A stretch of 63,289 nt of DNA, counting the filler, from Octopus bimaculoides (Eukaryota): assembly GCF_001194135.2 (NCBI RefSeq). It is 7 parts of 7 records of this genome, joined end to end, with 100 filler letters (N's around TTAATTAATTAA, not from the genome) between each part and the next. Parts side by side here need not be neighbours in the genome. Positions count along the whole stretch, not along the records: positions 1 to 31,899 come from NC_068984.1; 6 more parts are not named here. One strand, written 5' to 3'. Under the pieces are notes generated by a model. That model searched no databases and was not told the origin of the DNA. It saw only the letters and a program-made list of their open reading frames with translations. The position numbers and the translations under genes were made by a program. This document shows, one piece after another, positions 14,901 through 27,774 of the stretch; the stretch's first letter is position 1; each line of letters starts with the position of its first letter.

Positions 14901-17900
14901 TCCAATAATACAACCTAAACAACTCACAAACACAAGACACATTCTATACAGCAATTACCCAGTGAAATAAACTTCCACCAGTAACCTAGTTAATCAATGC
15001 ATTACACACAGAAAAATACTGCACCACACCTCAAGAGAAAAAATTAGCACAATACAGTACCGGGAAAAGTTTGCACACACCCCAGCAATACAGATGTGTA
15101 ACAGGTGATACAGCAGAAATTTGCCTCAACCTAATTTGCCTCAACGTTTGTGCGTGTATGTGTGTATGTGTTAGCATGAATTGTATATTTTATTATACAT
15201 TGAAGACCGGAGGACGTGTGACATTCTTGATTTCGTTATTGTTATTAGTTCGTATGTGGCATAAACACGTTTCAGCCTAGTCTGCAATGGCGTCGTAATC
15301 TTAGCTTGATGAATACTTGCTTAATCTACGTTTCTTTCAATATATATTTCTCATGTAAAAAGAAATTTTAGTTTCTAGTCATACATTCATAGACATTCAC
15401 AGTCACAGATATATGTAAATTAGAATATTAATGCCTCTTTGATGTTTTGTTAGTCTTCATCCAAAAAGAAAAAGATATATACAAATTCTAGTTTTGAAAA
15501 AAAAAACTGGCGTCAAATTCCGGTAGAAAGAACAATTTCTATACTTCAGCAAATGTTAAAAGAAATTACTGCTGGAATTGTAAATGGATTTAATTTTGTT
15601 AAAGAATTTACAAATACAGCCAGACATTACAGATTTCTTTATCTTATGAATCTTTTATTGTCTCTGTGGAAAGCAATTAAACAATAAGAAGAGAAGAGCG
15701 AAACAAAAACTAATTCAGTTATAAAAGCCATAAATAACATCTAAATACTTTTAATTCCAACAGATCGTTTCATTGGCAGCGGTTGTGAACGTATATGTAA
15801 ATGGTTGATATTGGCTCTTGAAATTATTATCAGTACGTCAGTAGCTTTGTGTTGTAATTATTGCTTACTAAGCAGAGTAGCAGATGGAAGTATGATTTTA
15901 TAACATAAATGTAAGAAGTTGAACAAGTATTGATAATATTGGATTTAGGCTCAGGGCCAAGACTTATATGATGTTAGAAAAGCCACAACTATTCTACAAG
16001 GGAAACAAAATTAAATGACTCTAATGAAGAAGTGAAAATATTTCAACAGCAGAATACTCGTATGTTGTATCTCAATTGCCTCTCAAACATGGATATTTGG
16101 ATCTATAATAAGTATTTGAGCATATTATCCATTAGAATTTTGAACTAAAATTGAACTTAATATCGATGTTTTTCACTGGAAACCGTTGCGCTTAACTTAC
16201 GAATGAAGCTGTTGAAACCTCATCATAACCAATAACATAACCTTCTTCATCCTCCCCCTCCTCCTCCTCATCATCATCATCGCTTTCATCATCCCTTGCT
16301 TCTTTGTCTCCTCCTCCTCCTTCTTCTTCTTCTTCTTCTTCTTCTTCTTCTTCTTCTTCTTCTTCTTCAACACCAGCACCTTTTTCTCCATCATCTTATT
16401 CATTTAATTTATTTCAACGGTGGTTGTCGAAATAAAACAAGTGTAAGAAGAAAACAAGAAAGGTTGAAGACAAAGCGAAAGAGAATTAGAAAAGAGAAGA
16501 AAGAAACGTTACGAGAGTTGTTTGTGTAGGACAAAAGGGGCAAAATTAGATGGACGACGATTTGAAAATGGAAAAGAATTAAAAAAAGAAAGTGGGGCAA
16601 AAAAGTTGAATGAGAACGGGGTGTAGCAGAATGAGAAGACAAAAAAGGAGAGTTAGAAAAAGAAATGTAAGCAGAAGTGGTTGCTGAAGAAGAAGAAGGC
16701 AACGAAGTAGAGGAGCTTTCAGAATTACTTCCGTGTGGATTGTCGTGAAAACGGCTCAAATGAAATCTGCTTCATTTTGTTTTTTTAGTCCTGTTTTTTT
16801 TTCTAACACACAGAAAACTCTTAAGTGTATTAATGAAAAATGTAATTGNNNNNNNNNNNNNNNNNNNNNNNNNNNNNNNNNNNNNNNNNNNNNNNNNNNN
16901 NNNNNNNNNNNNNNNNNNNNNNNNNNNNNNNNNNNNNNNNNNNNNNNNNNNNNNNNNNNNNNNNNNNNNNNNNNNNNNNNNNNNNNNNNNNNNNNNNNNN
17001 NNNNNNNNNNNNNNNNNNNNNNNNNNNNNNNNNNNNNNNNNNNNNNNNNNNNNNNNNNNNNNNNNNNNNNNNNNNNNNNNNNNNNNNNNNNNNNNNNNNN
17101 NNNNNNNNNNNNNNNNNNNNNNNNNNNNNNNNNNNNNNNNNNNNNNNNNNNNNNNNNNNNNNNNNNNNNNNNNNNNNNNNNNNNNNNNNNNNNNNNNNNN
17201 NNNNNNNNNNNNNNNNNNNNNNNNNNNNNNNNNNNNNNNNNNNNNNNNNNNNNNNNNNNNNNNNNNNNNNNNNNNNNNNNNNNNNNNNNNNNNNNNNNNN
17301 NNNNNNNNNNNNNNNNNNNNNNNNNNNNNNNNNNNNNNNNNNNNNNNNNNNNNNNNNNNNNNNNNNNNNNNNNNNNNNNNNNNNNNNNNNNNNNNNNNNN
17401 NNNNNNNNNNNNNNNNNNNNNNNNNNNNNNNNNNNNNNNNNNNNNNNNNNNNNNNNNNNNNNNNNNNNNNNNNNNNNNNNNNNNNNNNNNNNNNNNNNNN
17501 NNNNNNNNNNNNNNNNNNNNNNNNNNNNNNNNNNNNNNNNNNNNNNNNNNNNNNNNNNNNNNNNNNNNNNNNNNNNNNNNNNNNNNNNNNNNNNNNNNNN
17601 NNNNNNNNNNNNNNNNNNNNNNNNNNNNNNNNNNNNNNNNNNNNNNNNNNNNNNNNNNNNNNNNNNNNNNNNNNNNNNNNNNNNNNNNNNNNNNNNNNNN
17701 NNNNNNTATATATATATATATATATATATGTACATGCGCAAAATATTTAGACAAAGAAAAAACACCAAACATAGAGAAGTCATACATACAAGATATATGT
17801 GTGTGTATTTGTATCTGCGTCTGTGTCTCTGTGTGTGTGTATAAGAAAATGGCGTTATACGGAGAAACTTGAAACACAAACACCCTAAATATGCGTAAAA

Positions 17901-19189
17901 ACTCACTACATACACACGTAATAATTTCCCCACTAATATTAGATATATTTTCATATTTATCTCCCAGAATATCGCACTAACCTCTGCATAAATGTGCTGG
18001 CAAATGTACACATACAAGCCCGTGTACCATGTAACAGCATACATACATAAAAGTCGAACATACACACATATCCGAATAGTTCTCTCGTATAATAGTTTTA
18101 TTTTTTTTGTTTTAAAGAATACATATAAAACTGTGTTACAAAAATGTGTGCAAAATCATTCATATATATGCACATTTACTAAATATGAAGAATCACGTCC
18201 ATGCACACATTAAAAAAAAATAACACTGTAAAGTAGTTTTATTGCTTTGTTATGTTACACGAGAATTTACACAAAGAATCCCAAGAAAGAAAAGGATGAA
18301 AAAATAGAAGTAAAATAACATTCTATGAAATTTAAAAGAATATAAATCTTTCGAACAAGCACTATTTTCCTTTCGATATTGAAAACTATTTAGCAAATCC
18401 CAGCGTTTTCAGCCATCGATTATTCGTCCGTATGTGTATATGCTTGTGTGTTTAACGCAACCAGCAAGGAGATTGATAAACCAACCAACAGCGTCGATTG
18501 ATAAACTAACCAATGGGATTGATTACAGTTTCTCTCATATTCTTCACTTCAGAAAAACCATAAAATACACACATATACACAGAAAAAATATAAAATCTAA
18601 CCGCTTCATCAATTTTCTCTCGAGATCCACACTTTATCTTGAGCTATGTTGCCTTGTTCATTGTAATAAATCATGAGATATGAAAGCTAACATACGATTG
18701 CCGTGTAATTATAGAATTTACAGATATATCAAAATGCAGTTGTACTATCTTATTACATTCTACACAGCAAAAGATCACAGATATTTTAATGTGTTGTGTC
18801 TGAATATAAATTAACACACAGACATTTTCAGTCATACACACGCTCATACATAAACAACTAAGATATACAGTTATGTGTGCAAGCGAATTAAAAGGACACT
18901 TAACAAATAGCATTGAGGTTACGTATTTATATCAACTGAATGTGACTTAGATATGCATTACTCAAAGTTTCGTAGGCGTGAGAACCCTGTCGGAACGTTC
19001 GGACGTGCATTGTACATTTACAAAACTTTGACTAATAGAGCTCTAAGTTACATACTATTAAACATATATATAAATTATACACTGTCACTTAGATATGATG
19101 AAGGGTATCTTAATTTTTAATTAGTATTCTTACAGGGATAAAGGGTGACAAACAACATCACAACAACATGAATGATATAATCTCAAATT

Positions 19190-19606
19190 CAGAAACTTGT
19201 CACCACATTGCGTTTTGGATATTGAGTTGATAAGTGGTACACTGGCATGTAAGCCATATTCGAATTATCATACTGTGACGGCGTATGATAATTACAGGAT
19301 TTATGGGTTACCCATACGGATTGACCATACAATTGATGCGAGGAGAATAATGATCGTGGATAGACAGAAAACATTGTAAGAGACGCACGATTTTAAGGTT
19401 CAGGAGTTAGACAAAGTGATGAATGCATTGTGAATACCAGATTGAAGGATATTAGAATTGAGAAGTGATTTGTGAACTTGCAGAAAAGTACCATACACTA
19501 TTCTGCAAGAATCCTATCAAAGGTTCTGTTGATATGAGATAACATGTTGTCACTAAACTTCAGATAACTAAACGTGCTAATTAAATGAAGATGCAATAGC
19601 CATTAG

Positions 19607-19668
<62 letters not shown>
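19190..19668 (+). mobile_element. Older degenerate R4/Dong-like 3' end with (AAT)n tail
   Basis: Remnant LQKSTIHYSARILSKVL at about 19477-19530, followed by a short UTR and (AAT)n at 19609-19668. Confidence 0.5.
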
Positions 19669-20790
19669 TGATAGACAAAACTGTACTTAGAGACTGCAGA
19701 GGAGGAAAAGTAACTTAGCCATGTCATGGATCGACTATCGTCAGGCGTACGATATGATCGCGCATTGTTGGATTAAGGAGTGTATGAATCTATTTGGTAT
19801 TGCATCGAATGTTGAGCGATTGCATGGAAAAAGTATGGCAAATTGGAGGACGGACCTGACAGCATACGGAAGAAGTTTATGGACAGAAGAAATCAGGAGG
19901 GGCATCTTCCAAGGGGACTGCCTGTCCCCACTAATCTTTGTACTGTGCTTGATATCACTAACACTGATTCTGAGGAAAGCAAATGCTGTGTATGTATTCA
20001 AAAGCCGCCAGCAAGGAGTCAACCATTTGTTATTCATGGATGACCTCAGACTTTATGGTAAAGATGAATCCCATGTCAGTTCCCTCGTTGATACGGTGTA
20101 TACCTTCAGTGCTGATATCAGAATGGAGTTCGGACTGAGAGAGTGTGGTGTGTTACTCTTGAAGAGAGGCAAAGTCAAATGCATGGACGAGCTAACGATA
20201 CTGTTGAGGGAAGTTTTGAAGCAGATAGAAGAGACGGGCTATAAGTACTTGGGGATTTTGGAAATGGATAAATTGATGGAAAACGAAATGACAGAAAAAA
20301 TTAAGATGGAGTACTTGTGCATACTGAGACTGATCTTTAAGTCGAAATTAAAGGGACGGAAGCTATCAATACCTGGGCGGTTTCACTCCTTAGAAGGCAT
20401 CGTCGAAAATAGAAATGCAAAGATCTTATGGGATTTTATGATTCAGTGCGACAATGAGATAGAGAATAGGAAGCCGGATGTAGTCTTAATTGAGAAAGAA
20501 AACAAACTATGCTGGATCATTGATGTAGCATGCCCAGCTGACAACAAGGTATGCGATAAGGAAGAAAGAAAAGTAGAGAGATATGACAGGTTAGCTTGGG
20601 AAGTTAAGCAGTTGTAGTCGATGAAAAAGGTAGCAGTAGTACCAATAATTGTCGGAGCCCTCGGAACAGTGAGCAAAAATCTCGAGATGTGGAACAAATA
20701 GGGGCTGCAATAAGGGTGGAACACTTGCAGAAAACAGCACTACTTGGAACCACTCGAATACTCTGGAAGGTGCTCGAAAAATAAGAGGTG
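19669..20790 (+). mobile_element. R4/Dong-like non-LTR retrotransposon (RT plus restriction-like endonuclease), 5'-truncated and internally deleted
   Basis: ORF 19721-20617 has WIDYRQAYD, RGIFQGDCLSP, LFMDDL and YKYLGI, then KILWDF, RKPDVV, IDVACP and KVERY. After an in-frame stop come VVPIIVGALG and LQKTALLGTTRIL. It starts directly at an (AAT)n tract. Confidence 0.9.
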
Positions 20791-22463
20791 TTACTTTAGT
20801 TCAACCTAAACCTAATAGAAATAGCATTCAAATCTCTTTCAAATTATGTTGCCGTCTTACAAAAGAAATGACGCATTGCATGATGCAGTTCTAGTTACTT
20901 TATGTCAATAAGAGGAGGTCATGGACGGAATGCCTTTGACCGTAGGTTCGCATGGTCGGGGCAGATCTGTGTTTTAACAACAAAAGAACATTTTGAGAAA
21001 TGTATTCGAATAGAACACTTGTCGTTCTCTTATCACCTTTCTCTTCAAGTGACACCTGTAAAAGTTGAAAGCGTGACAACGGAGAAAAATTTCTGAGCTC
21101 AGATCTTTGTTAGCTGCGTCCGCCATATTACTTCATTTGTCAGAGCTACCACCACAGACAGGAAATCTACTTGATTTGCCTTGCCATTAAAAAGCAGTGG
21201 ACCAGTGTATGGGGCCACATATTTTGATAGAGAGCGGGGGGACAGAGAGTGAGAGAGAGAAAGAGAGAGAGAAGTAGAGAGCATAGGAAGAAAAGAGAGT
21301 GAGAGACAGAGATCGGAAGGAGAAAGTGAGAGTGAAAGAGAGATCAATCTGAAGAAGAAGGTTGACAGAGAGAGAGAAGGAGAGAAAGAGAGAGACAGCG
21401 CATAAGCGATTAAATGCAACCAGGTATTATACTGGTATGGACACAAGAAAATACCTCTAAGTCCTGTTTAAATTGCTGTTTCTGCCATGCCACCACGTTC
21501 AATAAAAGCCAAAAATAATGATTTCAAATTTAGGAAGAGGCCATGAATTTATGAGGATAAATCTATCTCTTATGTGGAGCCCGACATTGCCTGCTACTGA
21601 TCCTAATTTCGTTTCATCGAGAGGGATGAAAGCAAAGTCGACCTTAGGCAGAGTTTGGCTTCGGGATATAAAGGGAACATGGCAAAATACCGCTAGGCAT
21701 TTGTCGATTCACTATCGATTTTTCGACTCGATTACCTGCAGTAGCAGCAACAGGAGCAGTGGTTGGACTAGTAGTTGTAGTAAAGTAATAAACAAACAGA
21801 AAAATAAAAGAAATAAAATATTAAGAAGCAATAAAAAGAAAATCAAAGTAAAGATGACTGGAGAAAAAGACGAATAATGGAAAGAAGAAAATATAAGAAA
21901 ACAAATAGAAACAAATCTCAATAATTTTCCTCTCAACTAAATAAAAATTTCGTTACGCTTCATTTAATTATGCTTTTAGCAACAAAATAACTTGTATGGA
22001 ATAAAAAAAAACGCAACATCAAGAACCATACAAAAACAATAATATCTTCAAAAATATATATATTCTGCGAGAAGACAGATTGATAGATAGAAAGTGAGGG
22101 AGAGAGAAGGGGGAGAAGGAGAGATGGGAAAAGATAGAAAGAAAGTAAAAATAGGAAGAAGTAAAGAAAGAGCAAGGAAAAGAAAGAGAATTATAGAAGA
22201 GAGAGAGAGCGAGAGAAAAAAGATATACCGAGAAAAACTGACTGTTGCAAAAGAAAGTAGAAATATTTGTAATTGGAATTACTTTAGAAAACTATCAAAA
22301 CTGGATTCTTTGAATGTTTTAGAATTAACCATGCTTAACATATTAGAAAATAATGTCTTATGAGAACTTTTCCAAAGTCACTAGCAGACGAGTTTTGATT
22401 TATTACCTAGGTATGATGTAACAGTATATCAAAGGAGAATATATCACACACGCACGCGCGTGT

Positions 22464-22532
<69 letters not shown>

Positions 22533-22541
22533 CTGTAATAA

Positions 22542-22738
22542 GGAAGTCAAACCAAATAACCGAATAATGATATTTTGAAATGATTTAATACGTGTGTTTC
22601 AGAGGTCTGCTCAATATATAATAGGAAATGCATCCATTACGTAATGCCTTTGTCAGCTATTTCCTATTATGCATTACGCAGACCTGAAACACACGTATTA
22701 AATAATTTCAAAATATCACTATTGGGTTTAACTTCAAT
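22542..22738. repeat. Long imperfect hairpin (foldback)
   Basis: TGATATTTTGAAATGATTTAATACGTGTGTTTCAGAGGTCTGC pairs with GCAGACCTGAAACACACGTATTAAATAATTTCAAAATATCA, plus an inner ATAATAGGAAAT/ATTTCCTATTAT stem. Confidence 0.8.
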
Positions 22739-22901
22739 ACAACAACTTATACGACTCGATACCAATACGAATTAGCCAGTTTAGACTCCACATATACAGA
22801 TACCCTAACAATGACCCAGAGTAATTTGTTATATTTGACACGAGTCAAAATTTGTGGTATCGTGCACCGCTTCTTAACATAGTACAATATATATATCTAT
22901 A

Positions 22902-22959
<58 letters not shown>

Positions 22960-23252
22960 GTAGTAGTGAATTTTCCACTTGCTTTATACTATACTCTCTT
23001 AAAAAACAATGACATAGAAAATTTAAAATGTGATTAGTAAGGCTAGAACAACCTTAATAATAAGTCTATTTTGTTAAGCAGAATCGGAGTCCAGCAGCAA
23101 CAGCAACAAATGCAACAAGAACAATAGAAAAAGGAACAAGAAATTATGTGACAATCACATTTCTGGACAACGGAAAAAAAACTTGCACATTTGTGTGTAC
23201 CTTTCGTTTGTGCGTATGTGTGTATCTTTGTACTTGTTTGTGCGCGTATAAG

Positions 23253-23302
<50 letters not shown>

Positions 23303-25939
23303 AAGAGAGATAAAGAGAGAAAGAGAGATGCAGACAAATACAAGGAGGATACAAATTAACCTTATTATAAACATAACCAACAACATTGCGATCGATAAAC
23401 TGGAAAGCAGCCTGTAAGAAATAACAGGCAGTTGTTGTTGGCGCTGCTATAGCTAACGTTGAAAGTGAAGGACTTAAGACATAGAGACGATTGGTCAGAT
23501 ATAGGAGCACATACCATAGAGACACATTTTAGACGCCGTTACGGTTGGTCACCCCCCCATCTGTTTCACACGCGTAGCAACAGGCTTCAATTCTTATGTA
23601 CATGTGTATGTGACAACTCCTCATTGCAAAGTATAGACTTACTGAGTCGAAAATATCGGCTCGTATGACGTCACGAAGTAGAGATATTCTGGTTTTGCTT
23701 TCTTTTGTTTCTGTTTTAAATTTAATTCCTTTATTTCGGCCATAAAATTACAACCAACACTGAGTGTATAATCAGAGCCAGTGATAATGCATTTATAGTT
23801 CTGTGACAGGCAAACAATGGCACTAGGGTGTCAACGCCATTTGTTCTTCCTTACAAATGAACAAATAAAAACATCAACAATAGCAGCAAATTTCTAAATT
23901 ACAAAAATTATGAAAAATTCAGATTTAAAAAGCGGTAATTTATGGGATACAGGAAATATTGCGACACCATATATGACGATCCACCGACGACATTCTGAGC
24001 TGCCTATTTGTTTGTTAACACAGGTCTCTTTAAACAGTCTTTCTGAGTTAAAATAAATATTACAGTTATTGCCGTTGCTCGTTTGTATGGCCATTGTAAA
24101 TATCATACGTGTCGTTTTTTTTTTATTATATAAAGCTGTTTTAAGTTTGTATATTAATTTAGTTTACACGTCACTATCTTTCGCACAAATCAGTGAATGC
24201 TTTTTTTGCAGATTTCTGTCGCAGCAGATATTTTCCAATTTAGTTTAGAATGTCCACTGACGAGAAAAAAGGAGGTTGAAACATCATATCTGACGAACCA
24301 CTTTCGATAGTCTGAGCACGGTGTGCGATCTTTAGGAAAGAAGTCTCTGGGGGAGCTTTTGCGAGGTAAACTATTACAATAAGTTCTTTTCCACATTTGT
24401 AAATACATTTTACATGCTATACACAGTTATTTTAATGTAATCTATATCATGTAATTATATTTAGTGATAAGGTATAGATTGCAAAAGCTGGATAACTAAC
24501 TGTTTATTGCTTACAAACAACGAGTATTAGATTATTCAATGGACAAGAAGTAACAGAATCAATCAATCAATTAATCTAACTATTTTTCTACCTGTCTATC
24601 CGTCTATGTAGGTAATTTGCTCGCTTGCTAGCAATCTATTTGCACTACGTACATATATAGAAATATGGTATATACTAGTGTTTGCTTTTATATAAAGTTA
24701 CATATATAAAAAAATAGTAATTCAAATGGTCACTCAGTACGTTTTGGTAGAGTTCATACTTATTGGCATTCACAAGTAAAAATTTGACAGTGACGTCAGT
24801 TTCGGCTTACTAGCTGTCATGAGACAGCGATTTTCTTTAAACTTTCAGGTTTTATATATTATTTCTCTTGGTTGGTGAAGTTATGTAAATAAAAGTTAGG
24901 CGTGATGAAAGCAGAGAAAAGTGGTTGTATAAAAAGGGATGGTGGAAACAAGTTTTCTGGTTTGATACAGAAACTTCGTTATTATATGGGTTTTGTCAAG
25001 CATAAAGGAGGGTATCATAAGTAAACGTTTATATGAGTGCTCTGCGGCAGATATGTCTTATTCAGGCTACAATTTGCATTGGTTGGAAAATCTTCGTGTA
25101 TATGATGGTGTGTAGTTTTTAATTCGTAAGCTAAAAATAGCGACCCAATCTCTTTCAAGCCACACTTGATATCTTTAAAAACGAACAGACACATTAGATA
25201 TGGTTCCAGATATTCTGATGTTTGAAGCTAAATAAGACTGGAGAAAGATATGCTATATTTGACACTAAAAATAAATGGAATGGAATTGCTAATGCATAAA
25301 TGCTGTTGATCAAAGTATCGCTTTGAGTGATCAGGAGAAGTTTAAACTACAGTACAGAAATAAATACAGCTTGTGATGCTTTCACTTGTTCTAAAACATT
25401 ATTACTTATGTGTTTGTTCTGAGCGACCCAAAATACTATTACTTAACACTGTAGAAATAGAGTATGTTGTGGCGCAGGCATATTACTTCTTAAAGGACGT
25501 TAGTAGCGATAATAAGACGAAATAGCAATAACCAAAAATCGAAAGAGACATTGATTTAGTTTATCAATGTCTCTTGTTCCGCTTTGTTCGTCACAGTTGC
25601 AGAGAATGCTGATCGAATTTTGATGGCGGAGAAATGAAAGGAAAGAGAAATGATGAACGTTTAATAATCAATTTCGTTATACTTGTTGACCAGAATATTG
25701 TCTGTGAAGAATTTCAGAAAATTTACAAATAATCAATCCCTGGACTTAGAACAAACTCAAAAGAATGCGGGAGTATGTAGAAGCGAAACCTATGTTTGTG
25801 TTAAGCTAGTTGCAGCATTACTTTCGACTCCCAAGAGCATAGAAGGCCTTTATATAGGCGGTCGACCGAAATGAAATAGCAACCAAAACTCCATCAAATC
25901 ACAGCATACAATCTGAAGATGATCATAGCCGAAATGCCG

Positions 25940-26318
25940 TTGATCATCGTCGTCGTGGTACTCCATCGGTTACGACGATGAGGTTCCAGTTGATCCGATC
26001 AATGGAACAGCTTGGTCGTCAAATTAACGTGCAAGTGGCTGAACACTCCACAGACACGTAGTTTACAGGAAGATTCAGTGTGACACAGAGTGTGACAAGG
26101 CTGGCCCTGTGAAATACAGGTACAACAGAAACAAGAAGAAAGAGTGAGTTGTAGTGAAAGAGTACACTAGGGTTCGTCACCACCTCGTGCCGGAGCCTCG
26201 TAGAGCTTTAGGTGTTTTCATTCAATAAACACTCACAACGCCCGGTCGGTCTGGGAATCGAAACCGCGATCCTACGTCCGCGAGTCCGCTGCCCTAACCA
26301 CTTGGGCATTGCGCCTCT
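25940..26318 (-). mobile_element. tRNA-derived SINE family D
   Basis: Reverse head GAGGCGCAATG....GTGGTTAGGGCAGCGG...GGTTTCGATTCCCAGACC; homologous copy at 38732-38900. Confidence 0.75.
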
Positions 26319-26857
26319 ACACCGTTGATCTGGTCAGAGTATTTCTGGGTCTAAACAACAATAGTACACAAAAAAAAACTTTCATTCCGCTACAAACATC
26401 AAGAACATCACACAAATATATGAGACAGAATTATGCATTTTTAAAGACCTATTTATTATACTTCTGAAGTCAATTTTATGTTTCATGTTGTATTTGGCAT
26501 ATAATTCTAACATTGTGCACATCACAATAGAAAAATTAATAGGACTACTAATACTACTACTACTACTACTACTGGACAGCCCTCCTGACAGAGTAGACGT
26601 GATCAAAGGCGTTAAGCAAATGAACTTTACTAAGCATCAACTGAAAAGGGATTGCCGCATGCTTCTTCGTTTTCGTTTTCAATATCACCGCCAAAAACTT
26701 TAGGGTACCTTTAGCGGAGTCTATTCGGGCCATTTGTCCAGTTCCAGTATAAACGGAACTTCAGTTCCTGTAACCGGTCCTTCTTGACTGAAAGCTAAAA
26801 GGTTCCAGTTTCTCAGATTTGGTGTAGTTTATTAATATAATAAATACATCGACTTAA

Positions 26858-27070
26858 GACGGCGAGCTAGCAGAATCGTTAGTACACAGGAAAAAACGCT
26901 CTGAGACATTTCGTCCATCTTTACCTTCTGGTTTCAAATTCCGCCGAGGTTAACTTTGCCTTTCATCCTTTCGTGGTCGATAAAATAAGCGTTAATCGAG
27001 CGCTGGAGTCGAGGAAATCGACTTTCCTCCTTCCCCGAATTTGCTGTCCTTGTAACAAATTTTGAAATTA
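26858..27070 (+). mobile_element. SINE family B
   Basis: GGCGAGCTAGCAGAATCGTTAG...TTTGCCTTTCATCCTTTCGTGGTCGATAAAATAAG. Reverse copy at about 21590-21700; degenerate copies at 33500-34090. Confidence 0.75.
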
Positions 27071-27594
27071 ATATGATATATAGGTTTAAGACTATGATTG
27101 TAAGACACGGATATATTCGTTGAGTGGTTCTTCCCAGAAAATATGGAATTGAACGTCAACAATCAGACTATTCGGAATCAGACCGTAAAATTTCGCAGTT
27201 AAACACTGTTTAAAATATTATATGACTCTACTTCTAAAATGAATCCACTGTCGTTCTATAGGGAGATATTAATATCTAAAATAGTTACAAGACGTCAAAT
27301 GTGTGGTTTCCATAGTCGATTGGATCGCCCCAGTATTTGACGAAACGACGAACGTAAAAGTCATACTCAGTAAGATTCAACTTATGATACAAATTTTATA
27401 GTTTCATAAATATCTATTTATAACCATGAGGTTTCCTGTTCAGTCTCATTACATGGCTTGGGCAAATGACTACTACCTACCATAGCTCTGAACCTGGCTA
27501 ATGCTTTCTGAATAAATTTGGTAGATGGAAATTGTGCAGAAGCCCACTACCATCACCTGACAACCTGTGTTTACTTTTTTTACTTCCAGTAGGC

Positions 27595-27774
27595 CAGTGT
27601 TCCGCAACCGGTATACAGTGACACATTGGTGTACCATAAGACGTTGCTAGGTGTGCCGCAGTGTAGCCTGAAAATACTTTTTTCCCTTTTAGTTATATTT
27701 TTAGTTCAGGTGTACCGCCGAATTTTGAAAAGAATATAAGTGTACCGCAAGTGAAAAAAGGTTGCAGAGCACTG
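27595..27774. mobile_element. hAT-like MITE
   Basis: TIR CAGTGTTCCGCAACC / GGTTGCAGAGCACTG; degenerate 8-bp flanks CAGTAGGC / CTGAAGAC (5 of 8 match). Confidence 0.55.

Noticed and set aside
16202-16395. Minus-strand acidic frame (DDGEKGAGVEEE...GYDEVSTASF) ending at a GTAAGT donor
   Set aside because: Built mostly from (GAA)/(GAT)/(GGA) microsatellite, weak acceptor, no partner exons or homology.
16733-18065. Long ORFs of 300-400 aa in the supplied track (also 9376-10098, 40242-40870, 61002-61806)
   Set aside because: They are N-gap read-through and microsatellite translations, not genes.
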